A stretch of DNA of 64,000 nt, taken from positions 1-64,000 of the forward strand of contig JAUCBJ010000602.1 in the NCBI GenBank assembly GCA_032718475.1, in the 5' to 3' direction. Shown piece by piece: positions 25,701 to 39,400 of this stretch. Positions within the stretch are counted from its first letter, which is position 1. Each line of letters begins with the position of its first letter. The notes beneath the pieces were generated by a model. That model saw nothing but the letters and a program-made list of their open reading frames with translations, did no database searches and had not been told where the DNA came from. The position numbers and the translations under genes are program-made. The stretch is from Nemertoderma westbladi (lineage: Eukaryota; Animalia; Xenacoelomorpha).

Positions 25701-28700
25701 AAAGAACCATAGAGTGTTAGGTTGCCCTTCTTGGGAACTGGCACCAACTTATTTGTTTTCATTTCTTGTGGGACTCTTGTTGTACGGTACATGTCTACTA
25801 TGATGGGATAGATGAGCTTTAAACACTCAGGTATTTTAAAGACCTCAGGGGGAACACCATCTACTCCACTGGCACGATTGGTCTTAATGCTCTTTGCAGC
25901 AGCCTTCACTTCTGCAAAGGAGATATCGCCAATGGGAATATCTGGGAGTACAGACTCAGACACTTTTACTTCTATAAAGTTATCAGGCAATACCCTGTCA
26001 TTATTGAGGAGCTTTTCAAAGTGGGCTTTCCAACCATTGAGGCGATCGGCTGGTGATTCAGCCTTAACCTTGGTGGTTGGTTGGCTTTTCCGCCCAGTCA
26101 GCAGATTGATCGATTTCCATGCCTGGGATGATTGCCTGCTGTCGTCAGCATCATTGATGGCATCAACCTGTTGGTTTAGTAGATAACCTGTTCCTGTTAC
26201 CGGTACTCGCGTTATAGGTATATCAGTATATAACCTGTTCCTGTTACCGGTACTCGCGTTATATGTAGATCAGTAGATAACCTGTTCCTGTTACCGGTAC
26301 TCGCGTTATAGGTAGATCAGTAGATAACCTGTTCCTGTTACCGGTACTCGCGTTATAGGTAGATCAGTAGATAAACTGTTCCTGCTACCGGTACTCGCGT
26401 TATAGGTAGATCAGTAGATAACCTGTTCCTGTTACCGGTACTCGCGTTATAGGTAGATCAGTAGATAAACTGTTCCTGTTACCGGTACTCGCGTTATAGG
26501 TAGATCAGTAGATAACCTGTTCCTGTTACCGGTACTCGCGTTATAGGTAGATCAGTAGATAAACTGTTCCTGTTACCGGTACTCGCGTTATATGTAGATC
26601 AGTAGATAACCTGTTCCTGTTACCGGTACTCGCGTTATAGGTAGATCAGTAGATAACCTGTTCCTGTTACCGGTACTCGCGTTATATGTAGATCAGTAGA
26701 TAACCTGTTCCTGTTACCGGTACTCGCGTTATAGGTATATCAGTATATAACCTGTTCCTGTTACGGGTACTCGCGTTATAGGTAGATCAGTAGATAACCT
26801 GTTCCTGTTACCGGTACTCGCGTTATATGTAGATCAGTAGATAACCTGTTCCTGTTACCGGTACTCGCGTTATAGGTATATCAGTAGATAACCTGTTCCT
26901 GTTGTTCCTGTTACCGGTACTCGCGTTATAGGTAGATCAGTAGATAAACTGTTCCTGCTACCGGTACTCGCGTTATAGGTAGATCAGTAGATAACCTGTT
27001 CCTGTTACCGGTACTCGCGTTATAGGTAGATCAGTAGATAACCTGTTCCTGTTACCGGTACTCGCGTTATACAGTTATAGGTAGATCAGTAGATAAACTG
27101 TTCCTGCTACCGGTACTCGCGTTATATGTAGATCAGTAGATAACCTGTTCCTGTTACCGGTACTCGCGTTATAGGTATATCAGTATATAACCTGTTCCTG
27201 TTACGGGTACTCGCGTTATAGGTAGATCAGTAGATAACCTGTTCCTGTTACCGGTACTCGCGTTATAGGTAGATCAGTAGATAACCTGTTCCTGTTACCG
27301 GTACTCGCGTTATAGGTAGATCAGTAGATAACCTGTTCCTGTTACCGGTACTCGCGTTATAGGTATATCAGTATATAACCTGTTCCTGTTACCGGTACTC
27401 GCGTTATATGTAGATCAGTAGATAACCTGTTCCTGTTACCGGTACTCGCGTTATAGGTAGATCAGTAGATAACCTGTTCCTGTTACCGGTACTCGCGTTA
27501 TAGGTAGATCAGTAGATAAACTGTTCCTGCTACCGGTACTCGCGTTATAGGTAGATCAGTAGATAACCTGTTCCTGTTACCGGTACTCGCGTTATAGGTA
27601 GATCAGTAGATAAACTGTTCCTGTTACCGGTACTCGCGTTATAGGTAGATCAGTAGATAACCTGTTCCTGTTACCGGTACTCGCGTTATAGGTAGATCAG
27701 TAGATAAACTGTTCCTGTTACCGGTACTCGCGTTATATGTAGATCAGTAGATAACCTGTTCCTGTTACCGGTACTCGCGTTATAGGTAGATCAGTAGATA
27801 ACCTGTTCCTGTTACCGGTACTCGCGTTATATGTAGATCAGTAGATAACCTGTTCCTGTTACCGGTACTCGCGTTATAGGTATATCAGTATATAACCTGT
27901 TCCTGTTACGGGTACTCGCGTTATAGGTAGATCAGTAGATAACCTGTTCCTGTTACCGGTACTCGCGTTATATGTAGATCAGTAGATAACCTGTTCCTGT
28001 TACCGGTACTCGCGTTATAGGTATATCAGTAGATAACCTGTTCCTGTTGTTCCTGTTACCGGTACTCGCGTTATAGGTAGATCAGTAGATAAACTGTTCC
28101 TGCTACCGGTACTCGCGTTATAGGTAGATCAGTAGATAACCTGTTCCTGTTACCGGTACTCGCGTTATAGGTAGATCAGTAGATAACCTGTTCCTGTTAC
28201 CGGTACTCGCGTTATACAGTTATAGGTAGATCAGTAGATAAACTGTTCCTGCTACCGGTACTCGCGTTATAGGTAGATCAGTAGATAACCTGTTCCTTTT
28301 ACCGGTACTCGCGTTATAGGTAGATTAGTAGATAACCTGTTCCTGTTACCGGTACTCGCGTTATAGGTAGATCAGTAGATAACCTGTTCCTGTTACCGGT
28401 ACTCGCGTTATAGGTAGATCAGTAGATAAACTGTTCCTGTTACCGGTACTCGCGTTCTACAGTTATAGGTAGATCAGTAGATAAACTGTTCCTGCTACCG
28501 GTACTCGCGTTATAGGTAGATCAGTAGATAACCTGTTCCTTTTACCGGTACTCGCGTTATAGGTAGATCAGTATATAACCTGTTCCTGCTACCGGTACTC
28601 GCGTTATAGGTAGATCAGTAGATAAACTGTTCCTGTTACCTGTGCTCGCGTTATAGGTAGATCAGTAGATAAACTGTTCCTGTTACCGGTACTCGCGTTA

Positions 28701-29620
28701 TAGGTAGATCAGTAGATAACCTGTTACCGGTACTCGCGTTATAGGTAGATCAGTATATAACCTGTTCCTGCTACCGGTACTCGCGTTATAGGTAGATCAG
28801 TAGATAAACTGTTCCTGTTACCTGTGCTCGCGTTATAGGTAGATCAGTAGATAAACTGTTCCTGTTACCGGTACTCGCGTTATAGGTAGATCAGTAGATA
28901 ACCTGTTACCGGTACTCGCGTTATAGGTAGATCAGTAGATAAACTGTTCCTGTTACCGGTACTCGCGTTATAGGTAGATCCGTAGATAAACTGTTCCTGT
29001 TACCGGTACTCGCGTTATAGGTAGATCAGTAGATAAACTGTTCCTGTTACCTGTACTCGCGTTATAGGTAGATCAGTAGATAGACTGTTCCTGTTACCGG
29101 TACTCGCGTTATAGGTAGATCCGTAGATAAACTGTTCCTGTTACCGGTACTCGCGTTATAGGTAGATCAGTAGATAGACTGTTCCTGTTACCGGTACTCG
29201 CGTTATAGGTAGATCCGTAGATAAACTGTTCCTGTTACCGGTACTCGCGTTATAGGTAGATCAGTAGATAGACTGTTCCTGTTACCGGTACTCGCGTTAT
29301 AGGTAGATCCGTAGATAAACTGTTCCTGTTACCGGTACTCGCGTTATAGGTAGATCCGTAGATAAACTGTTCCTGTTACCGGTACTCGCGTTATAGGTAG
29401 ATCAGTAGATAGACTGTTCCTGTTACCGGTACTCGCGTTATAGGTAGATCAGTAGATAGACTGTTCCTGTTACCGGTACTCGCGTTATAGGTAGATCAGT
29501 AGATAAACTGTTCCTGTTACCGGTACTCGCGTTATAGGTAGATCCGTAGATAAACTGTTCCTGTTACCGGTACTCGCGTTATAGGTAGATCAGTAGATAG
29601 ACTGTTCCTGTTACCGGCAC
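22781..29620 (+). repeat. 47-bp tandem array (~105 copies) interrupted by a LINE
   Basis: Unit GGTAGATCAGTAGATAACCTGTTCCTGTTACCGGTACTCGCGTTATA; arms 22781-24344 and 26178-29620. Confidence 0.96.
24345..26177 (-). mobile_element. 5'-truncated non-LTR retrotransposon (RTE-like LINE), reverse transcriptase
   Basis: ORF 24380-25990 has RT motifs (QNGFRKGRG, FVDFFKAFDSV, GVLQGDTLAPFLF, DFADD, YLG) and stays open up to the truncation point; short 3' UTR with (TAG)n tail; 8-bp TSD AGTAGATA at 24337-24344 and 26178-26185. Confidence 0.95.
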
Positions 29621-29720
29621 TCTGAATTTAAAACGCCTCACAATAAATATTACATTATCAATCTCCATTGATACTATCAGAGTGACATAAGTGAAACAAA
29701 TATTATTTATTTATTATCAG

Positions 29721-29885
29721 GGCACGACCTTGTCGATTGGTTGTACGAGCATGTGGATGGGTTCAACGATCGCAGAGACGCAAGGAAATACGCGGCCAAC
29801 TTATTGAAATCCGGCCATATTCGGCACACAGTAAACAAACACACATTCAGTGAACAGTGCTATTACGTACTGTCCGACGTTGCAG
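29721..29885 (+). CDS. dvl: Dishevelled exon, DEP C-terminal part
   Basis: atcag|GG CAC...GCA G|gtacgt, phase 1 to 1, 165 nt; [55 protein letters not shown]. Confidence 0.97.
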
Positions 29886-32858
29886 GTACGTTGCGGTGCT
29901 ATTACGTACTGTCCGACGTTGCAGGTACGTTGCGGTGCTATTACGTACTGTCCGACGTTGCAGGTACGTTACAGTGCTATTACGTACTGTCCGACGTTGC
30001 AGGCAGGTTCAGTCTACAGTGCTATTACGTACTGTCCGACGTTGCAGGTACGTTACAGTGCTATTACGTACTGTCCGACGTTGCAGGTACGTTACAGTGC
30101 TATTACGTACTGTCCGACGTTGCAGGTACGTTACAGTGCTATTGCGTACTGTCCGACGTTGCAGGTACGTTACAGTGCTATTACGTACTGTCCGACGTTA
30201 CAGGTACGTTACAGTGCTATTACGTACTGTCCGACGTTACAGGTACGTTACAGTGCTATTACGTAATACGTACTGTCCGACGTTACAGGTACGTTACTGT
30301 GCTATTACGTACTGTCCGACGTTATAGGTACGTTACAGTGCTATTACGTACTGTCCGACGTTACAGGTACGTTACAGTGCTATTACGTACTGTCCGACGT
30401 TACAGGTACGTTACAGTGCTATTACGTACTGTCCGACGTTACAGGTACGTTACAGTGCTATTACGTACTGTCCGACGTTACAGATACGTTACAGTGCTAT
30501 TACGTACTGTCCGACGTTACAGGTACGTTACAGTGCTATTACGTACTGTCCGACGTTACAGGTACGTTACAGTGCTATTACGTACTGTCCGACGTTACAG
30601 GTACGTTACAGTGCTATTACGTACTGTCCGACGTTACAGGTATGTTACAGTGCTATTACGTACTGTCCGACGTTACAGGTACGTTACAGTGCTATTACGT
30701 ACTGTCCGACGTTACAGGTACGTTACAGTGCTATTACGTACTGTCCGACGTTACAGGTACGTTACAGTGCTATTACGTACTGTCCGACGTTACAGGTACG
30801 TTACAGTGCTATTACGTACTGTCCGACGTTACAGGTACGTTACAGTGCTATTACGTACTGTCCGACGTTACAGGTACGTTACAGTGCTATTACGTACTGT
30901 CCGACGTTACAGGTACGTTACAGTGCTATTACGTACTGTCCGACGTTGCAGGTACGTTACGTCTACAGTGCTATTACGTACTGTCCGACGTTACAGGTAC
31001 GTTACAGTGCTATTACGTACTGTCCGACGTTACAGGTACGTTACAGTGCTACTACGTACTGTCCGACGTTACAGGTACGTTACAGTGCTATTACGTACTG
31101 TCCGACGTTACAGGTACGTTACAGTGCTATTACGTACTGTCCGACGTTGCAGGTACGTTACGTCTACAGTGCTATTACGTACTGTCCGACGTTACAGGTA
31201 CGTGACAGTGCTATTACGTACTGTCCGACGTTACAGGTACGTTACAGTGCTATTACGTACTGTCCGACGTTGCAGGTACGTTACGTCTACAGTGCTATTA
31301 CGTACTGTCCGACGTTACAGGTACGTTACAGTGCTATTACGTACTGTCCGACGTTGCAGGTACGTTACAGTGCTATTACGTACTGTCCGACGTTACAGGT
31401 ACGTTACAGTGCTATTACGTACTGTCCGACATTACAGGTACGTTACAGTGCTAGTACGTACTGTCGGACGTTGCAGGTACGTTACGTCTACAGTGCTATT
31501 ACGTACTGTCCGACGTTACAGGTACGTTACAGTGCTATTACGTACTGTCCGACGTTACAGGTACGTTACAGTGCTATTACGTACTGTCCGACGTTGCAGG
31601 TACGTTACAGTGCTATTACGTACTGTCCGACGTTACAGGTACGTTACAGTGCTATTACGTACTGTCCGACGTTGCAGGTACGTTACGTCTACAGTGCTAT
31701 TACGTACTGTCCGACGTTACAGGTACGTTACAGTGCTATTACGTACTGTCCGACGTTACAGGTACGTTACAGTGCTATTACGTACTGTCCGACGTTGCAG
31801 GTACGTTACGTCTACAGTGCTATTACGTACTGTCCGACGTTACAGGTACGTTGCAGTGCTATTACGTGCTGTCCGACGTTATAGGTACGTTACAGTGCTA
31901 TTACGTACTGTCCGACGTTACAGGTACGTTACAGTGCTATTACGTACTGTCCGACGTTACAGGTACGTTACAGTGCTATTACGTACTGTCCGACGTTACA
32001 GGTACGTTACAGTGCTATTACGTACTGTCCGACGTTGCAGGTACGTTACGTCTACAGTGCTATTACGTACTGTTCGACGTTACAGGTACGTTACAGTGCT
32101 ATTACGTACTGTCCGACGTTACAGGTACGTTACAGTGCTATTACGTACTGTCCGACGTTACAGGTACGTTACAGTGCTATTACGTACTGTCCGACGTTAC
32201 AGGTACGTTACAGTGCTATTACGTACTGTCCGACGTTACAGGTACGTTACAGTGCTATTACGTACTGTCCGACGTTGCAGGTACGTTACGTCTACAGTGC
32301 TATTACGTACTGTCCGACGATACAGGTACGTTACAGTGCTATTACGTACTGTCCGACGTTGCAGGCAGGTTACGTCTACAGTGCTATCACGTACTGTCCG
32401 ACGTACTGTCCGACGTTACAGGTACGTTACAGTGCTATTACGTACTGTCCGACGTTACAGGTACGTTACAGTGCTATTACGTACTGTCCTACGTTACAGG
32501 TACGTTACAGTGCTATTACGTACTGTCCGACGTTGCAGGTACGTTACGTCTACAGTGCTATTACGTACTGTCCGACGTTGCAGGTACGTTACGTACTGTC
32601 CGACGTTGCAGGCAGGTTACGTCTACAGTGCTATTACGTACTGTCCGACGTTACAGGTACGTTACAGTGCTATTACGTTCTGTCCGACGTTACAGGTACG
32701 TTACAGTGCTATTACGTATTCTCCGACGTTGCAGGTACGTTACAGTGCTATTACGTACCGTCTGACGTTACAGGTACGTTACAGTGCTATTACGTACTGT
32801 CCGACGTTACAGGTACGTTACAGTGCTATTACGTACTGTCCGACGTTACAGGTACGTT
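29854..32858 (+). repeat. 39-bp tandem array (~77 copies) made of the DEP exon donor junction
   Basis: Unit ACAGTGCTATTACGTACTGTCCGACGTT(G/A)CAG|GTACGTT = 32 nt exon + 7 nt intron; the first copy is the real exon end. Confidence 0.97.
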
Positions 32859-33053
32859 ATGTCTTAGGTGGAACTAGTTTGATTGTTTATGGATTGGATC
32901 AGTGGGTTTACTGTTTTGGTCGGTTGGATTACTCTTTGAGTCGTGGGGTTACTGCTTGGCTCTGTGTGGGTTTACTATTTTGGAAGGCTATAACGTTTTA
33001 ATTACAAAATATCTATCAAAATAATCTCAATCATTCTCAATAAACTCGTTTAG

Positions 33054-33161
33054 GTCATATGGGGGATCTCTCATTGGCCGGTGGTATGGAGCAATCGGGC
33101 GATCATATGGACAACCTGCCTCAACTTCCTCCACAGTACGGCTGGGCACCAAATTATGCAA
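33054..33161 (+). CDS. dvl: Dishevelled exon, post-DEP region
   Basis: tttag|GT CAT...GCA A|gtaagt, phase 1 to 1, 108 nt; GHMGDLSLAGGMEQSGDHMDNLPQLPPQYGWAPNYA resembles the Dvl MxxLSL...D.L.PLP...W segment. Confidence 0.85.
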
Positions 33162-33259
33162 GTAAGTGAAAAGCGGTTTCTGATTTTTGGTAAATACATC
33201 CAACAAAATGACGGTATATTTATATAGCGTTATAATTAATTACAACATTATAATTACAG

Positions 33260-33436
33260 CGGCCCATTACTACCAACCCCATTCTGCCGGATACTCCAGC
33301 TACGCAGTTGACTATGGCGATATCGACAGCTGTTCCACCAATACTTACAACTCTGTACCACAAGAGCAGTATGGTGGTACACGGGAAAGGGACACAAAGG
33401 GCACAGGCAGAAGTCACCACTCTGTAGATAGTGCTG
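33260..33436 (+). CDS. dvl: Dishevelled exon, C-terminal low-complexity region
   Basis: tacag|CG GCC...GCT G|gttagt, phase 1 to 1, 177 nt; AHYYQPHSAGYSSYAVDYG...GRSHHSVDSA; phases fit both neighbouring exons. Confidence 0.82.
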
Positions 33437-36400
33437 GTTAGTAATCAACTCTAGTAGACAGAAGTCACCGCTCTGTAGATAGTGCTGGTTAGTAATCAAC
33501 TCTAGTAGACAGAAGTCACCACTCTGTAGATAGTGCTGGTTAGTAATCAACTCTAGTAGACAGAAGTCACCACTCTGTAGATAGTGCTGGTTAGTAATCA
33601 ACTCTAGTAGACAGAAGTCACCACTCTGTAGATAGTGCTGGTTAGTAATCAACTCTAGTAGACAGAAGTCACCACTCTGTAGATAGTGCTGGTTAGTAAT
33701 CAACTCTAGTAAACAGAAGTCACCACTCTGTAGATAGTGCTGGTTAGTAATCAACTCTAGTAGACAGAAGTCACCACTCTGTAGATAGTGCTGGTTAGTA
33801 ATCAACTCTAGTAGACAGAAGTCACCACTCTGTAGATAGTGCTGGTTAGTAATCAACTCTAGTAGACAGAAGTCACCACTCTGTAGATAGTGCTGGTTAG
33901 TAATCAACTCTAGTAGACAGAAGTCACCACTCTGTAGATAGTGCTGGTTAGTAATCAACTCTAGTAGACATAAGTCACCACTCTGTAGATAGTGCTGGTT
34001 AGTAATCAACTCTAGTAGACAGAAGTCACCACTCTGTAGATAGTGCTGGTTAGTAATCAACTCTAGTAGACAGAAGTCACCGCTCTGTAGATAGTGCTGG
34101 TTAGTAATCAACTCTAGTAGACAGAAGTCACCACTCTGTAGATAGTGCTGGTTAGTAATCAACTCTAGTAGACAGAAGTCACCGCTCTGTAGATAGTGCT
34201 GGTTAGTAATCAACTCTAGTAGACAGAAGTCACCACTCTGTAGATAGTTCTGGTTAGTAATCAACTCTAGTAGACAGAAGTCACCACTCTGTAGATAGTG
34301 CTGGTTAGTAATCAACTCTAGTAGACAGAAGTCACCACTCTGTAGATAGTTCTGGTTAGTAATCAACTCTAGTAGACAGAAGTCACCACTCTGTAGATAG
34401 TGCTGGTTAGTAATCAACTCTAGTAGACAGAAGTCACCACTCTGTAGATAGTGCTGGTTAGTAATCAACTCTAGTAGACAGAAGTCACCACTCTGTAGAT
34501 AGTTCTGGTTAGTAATCAACTCTAGTAGACAGAAGTCACCACTCTGTAGATAGTGCTGGTTAGTAATCAACTCTAGTAGACAGAAGTCACCACTCTGTAG
34601 ATAGTGCTGGTTAGTAATCAACTCTAGTAGACAGAAGTCACCACTCTGTAGATAGTGCTGGTTAGTAATCAACTCTAGTAGACAGAAGTCACCACTCTGT
34701 AGATAGTGCTGGTTAGTAATCCACTCTAGTAGACAGAAGTCACCACTCTGTAGATAGTGCTGGTTAGTAATCAACTCTAGTAGACAGAAGTCACCACTCT
34801 GTAGATAGTGCTGGTTAGTAATCAACTCTAGTAGACAGAAGTCACCACTCTGTAGATAGTGCTGGTTAGTAATCAACTCTAGTAGACAGAAGTCACCACT
34901 CTGTAGATAGTGCTGGTTAGTAATCAACTCTAGTAGACAGAAGTCACCGCTCTGTAGATAGTGCTGGTTAGTAATCAACTCTAGTAGACAGAAGTCACCG
35001 CTCTGTAGATAGTGCTGGTTAGTAATCAACTCTAGTAGACAGAAGTCACCGCTCTGTAGATAGTGCTGGTTAGTAATCAACTCTATTAGACAGAAGTCAC
35101 CACTCTGTAGATAGTGCTGGTTAGTAATCAACTCTAGTAGACAGAAGTCACCACTCTGTAGATAGTGCTGGTTAGTAATCAACTCTAGTAGACAGAAGTC
35201 ACCACTCTGTAGATAGTGCTGGTTAGTAATCAACTCTAGTAGACAGAAGTCACCACTCTGTAGATAGTGCTGGTTAGTAATCAACTCTAGTAGACAGAAG
35301 TCACCGCTCTGTAGATAGTGCTGGTTAGTAATCAACTCTAGTAGACAGAAGTCACCGCTCTGTAGATAGTGCTGGTTAGTAATCAACTCTATTAGACAGA
35401 AGTCACCACTCTGTAGATAGTGCTGGTTAGTAATCAACTCTAGTAGACAGAAGTCACCACTCTGTAGATAGTGCTGGTTAGTAATCAACTCTAGTAGACA
35501 GAAGTCACCACTCTGTAGATAGTGCTGGTTAGTAATCAACTCTAGTAGACAGAAGTCACCACTCTGTAGATAGTGCTGGTTAGTAATCAACTCTAGTAGA
35601 CAGAAGTCACCACTCTGTAGATAGTGCTGGTTAGTAATCAACTCTAGTAGACAGAAGTCACCACTCTGTAGATAGTGCTGGTTAGTAATCAACTCTAGTA
35701 GACAGAAGTCACCACTCTGTAGATAGTGCTGGTTAGTAATCAACTCTAGTAGACAGAAGTCACCACTCTGTAGATAGTGCTGGTTAGTAATCAACTCTAG
35801 TAGACAGAAGTCACCACTCTGTAGATAGTGCTGGTTAGTAATCAACTCTAGTAGACAGAAGTCACCACTCTGTAGATAGTGCTGGTTAGTAATCAACTCT
35901 AGTAGACAGAAGTCACCACTCTGTAGATAGTGCTGGTTAGTAATCAACTCTAGTAGACAGAAGTCACCACTCTGTAGATAGTGCTGGTTAGTAATCAACT
36001 CTAGTAGACAGAAGTCACCACTCTGTAGATAGTGCTGGTTAGTAATCAACTCTAGTAGACAGAAGTCACCACTCTGTAGATAGTGCTGGTTAGTAATCAA
36101 CTCTAGTAGACAGAAGTCACCGCTCTGTAGATAGTGCTGGTTAGTAATCAACTCTAGTAGACAGAAGTCACCGCTCTGTAGATAGTGCTGGTTAGTAATC
36201 AACTCTAGTAGACAGAAGTCACCACTCTGTAGATAGTGCTGGTTAGTAATCAACTCTAGTAGACAGAAGTCACCGCTCTGTAGATAGTGCTGGTTAGTAA
36301 TCAACTCTAGTAGACAGAAGTCACCGCTCTGTAGATAGTGCTGGTTAGTAATCAACTCTAGTAGACAGAAGTCACCACTCTGTAGATAGTGCTGGTTAGT

Positions 36401-39400
36401 AATCAACTCTAGTAGACAGAAGTCACCACTCTGTAGATAGTGCTGGTTAGTAATCAACTCTAGTAGACAGAAGTCACCGCTCTGTAGATAGTGCTGGTTA
36501 GTAATCAACTCTAGTAGACAGAAGTCACCACTCTGTAGATAGTGCTGGTTAGTAATCAACTCTAGTAGACAGAAGTCACCGCTCTGTAGATAGTGCTGGT
36601 TAGTAATCAACTCTAGTAGACAGAAGTCACCACTCTGTAGATAGTGCTGGTTAGTAATCAACTCTAGTAGACAGAAGTCACCACTCTGTAGATAGTGCTG
36701 GTTAGTAATCAACTCTAGTAGACAGAAGTCACCACTCTGTAGATAGTGCTGGTTAGTAATCAACTCTAGTAGACAGAAGTCACCACTCTGTAGATAGTGC
36801 TGGTTAGTAATCAACTCTAGTAGACAGAAGTCACCACTCTGTAGATAGTGCTGGTTAGTAATCAACTCTAGTAGACAGAAGTCACCACTCTGTAGATAGT
36901 GCTGGTTAGTAATCAACTCTAGTAGACAGAAGTCACCACTCTGTAGATAGTGCTGGTTAGTAATCAACTCTAGTAGACAGAAGTCACCACTCTGTAGATA
37001 GTGCTGGTTAGTAATCAACTCTAGTAGACAGAAGTCACCACTCTGTAGATAGTGCTGGTTAGTAATCAACTCTAGTAGACAGAAGTCACCACTCTGTAGA
37101 TAGTGCTGGTTAGTAATCAACTCTAGTAGACAGAAGTCACCACTCTGTAGATAGTGCTGGTTAGTAATCAACTCTAGTAGACAGAAGTCACCACTCTGTA
37201 GATAGTGCTGGTTAGTAATCAACTCTAGTAGACAGAAGTCACCACTCTGTAGATAGTGCTGGTTAGTAATCAACTCTAGTAGACAGAAGTCACCACTCTG
37301 TAGATAGTGCTGGTTAGTAATCAACTCTAGTAGACAGAAGTCACCACTCTGTAGATAGTGCTGGTTAGTAATCAACTCTAGTAGACAGAAGTCACCAGCT
37401 CTGTAGATAGTGCTGGTTAGTAATCAACTCTAGTAGACAGAAGTCACCACTCTGTAGATAGTGCTGGTTAGTAATCAACTCTAGTAGACAGAAGTCACCA
37501 CTCTGTAGATAGTGCTGGTTAGTAATCAACTCTAGTAGACAGAAGTCACCACTCTGTAGATAGTGCTGGTTAGTAATCAACTCTAGTAGACAGAAGTCAC
37601 CACTCTGTAGATAGTGCTGGTTAGTAATCAACTCTAGTAGACAGAAGTCACCACTCTGTAGATAGTGCTGGTTAGTAATCAACTCTAGTAGACAGAAGTC
37701 ACCACTCTGTAGATAGTGCTGGTTAGTAATCAACTCTAGTAGACAGAAGTCACCACTCTGTAGATAGTGCTGGTTAGTAATCAACTCTAGTAGACAGAAG
37801 TCACCACTCTGTAGATAGTGCTGGTTAGTAATCAACTCTAGTAGACAGAAGTCACCACTCTGTAGATAGTGCTGGTTAGTAATCAACTCTAGTAGACAGA
37901 AGTCACCACTCTGTAGATAGTGCTGGTTAGTAATCAACTCTAGTAGACAGAAGTCACCACTCTGTAGATAGTGCTGGTTAGTAATCAACTCTAGTAGACA
38001 GAAGTCACCACTCTGTAGATAGTGCTGGTTAGTAATCAACTCTAGTAGACAGAAGTCACCACTCTGTAGATAGTGCTGGTTAGTAATCAACTCTAGTAGA
38101 CAGAAGTCACCACTCTGTAGATAGTGCTGGTTAGTAATCAACTCTAGTAGACAGAAGTCACCACTCTGTAGATAGTGCTGGTTAGTAATCAACTCTAGTA
38201 GACAGAAGTCACCACTCTGTAGATAGTGCTGGTTAGTAATCAACTCTAGTAGACAGAAGTCACCACTCTGTAGATAGTGCTGGTTAGTAATCAACTCTAG
38301 TAGACAGAAGTCACCACTCTGTAGATAGTGCTGGTTAGTAATCAACTCTAGTAGACAGAAGTCACCACTCTGTAGATAGTGCTGGTTAGTAATCAACTCT
38401 AGTAGACAGAAGTCACCACTCTGTAGATAGTGCTGGTTAGTAATCAACTCTAGTAGACAGAAGTCACCACTCTGTAGATAGTGCTGGTTAGTAATCAACT
38501 CTAGTAGACAGAAGTCACCACTCTGTAGATAGTGCTGGTTAGTAATCAACTCTAGTAGACAGAAGTCACCACTCTGTAGATAGTGCTGGTTAGTAATCAA
38601 CTCTAGTAGACAGAAGTCACCACTCTGTAGATAGTGCTGGTTAGTAATCAACTCTAGTAGACAGAAGTCACCACTCTGTAGATAGTGCTGGTTAGTAATC
38701 AACTCTAGTAGACAGAAGTCACCACTCTGTAGATAGTGCTGGTTAGTAATCAACTCTAGTAGACAGAAGTCACCACTCTGTAGATAGTGCTGGTTAGTAA
38801 TCAACTCTAGTAGACAGAAGTCACCACTCTGTAGATAGTGCTGGTTAGTAATCAACTCTAGTAGACAGAAGTCACCACTCTGTAGATAGTGCTGGTTAGT
38901 AATCAACTCTAGTAGACAGAAGTCACCACTCTGTAGATAGTGCTGGTTAGTAATCAACTCTAGTAGACAGAAGTCACCACTCTGTAGATAGTGCTGGTTA
39001 GTAATCAACTCTAGTAGACAGAAGTCACCACTCTGTAGATAGTGCTGGTTAGTAATCAACTCTAGTAGACAGAAGTCACCACTCTGTAGATAGTGCTGGT
39101 TAGTAATCAACTCTAGTAGACAGAAGTCACCACTCTGTAGATAGTGCTGGTTAGTAATCAACTCTAGTAGACAGAAGTCACCACTCTGTAGATAGTGCTG
39201 GTTAGTAATCAACTCTAGTAGACAGAAGTCACCACTCTGTAGATAGTGCTGGTTAGTAATCAACTCTAGTAGACAGAAGTCACCACTCTGTAGATAGTGC
39301 TGGTTAGTAATCAACTCTAGTAGACAGAAGTCACCACTCTGTAGATAGTGCTGGTTAGTAATCAACTCTAGTAGACAGAAGTCACCACTCTGTAGATAGT

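Noticed and set aside
29886-33001. 1086-aa ORF as a DEP-repeat fusion protein
   Set aside because: Read-through past the 29885 donor into the 39-mer array, which is stop-poor in several frames; the true gene resumes at 33054.
37390-37405. 1-bp insertion CACCAGCTCT splitting the 51-mer ORFs
   Set aside because: Looks like a merge of the A and G unit variants, probably a consensus error; no biological weight.
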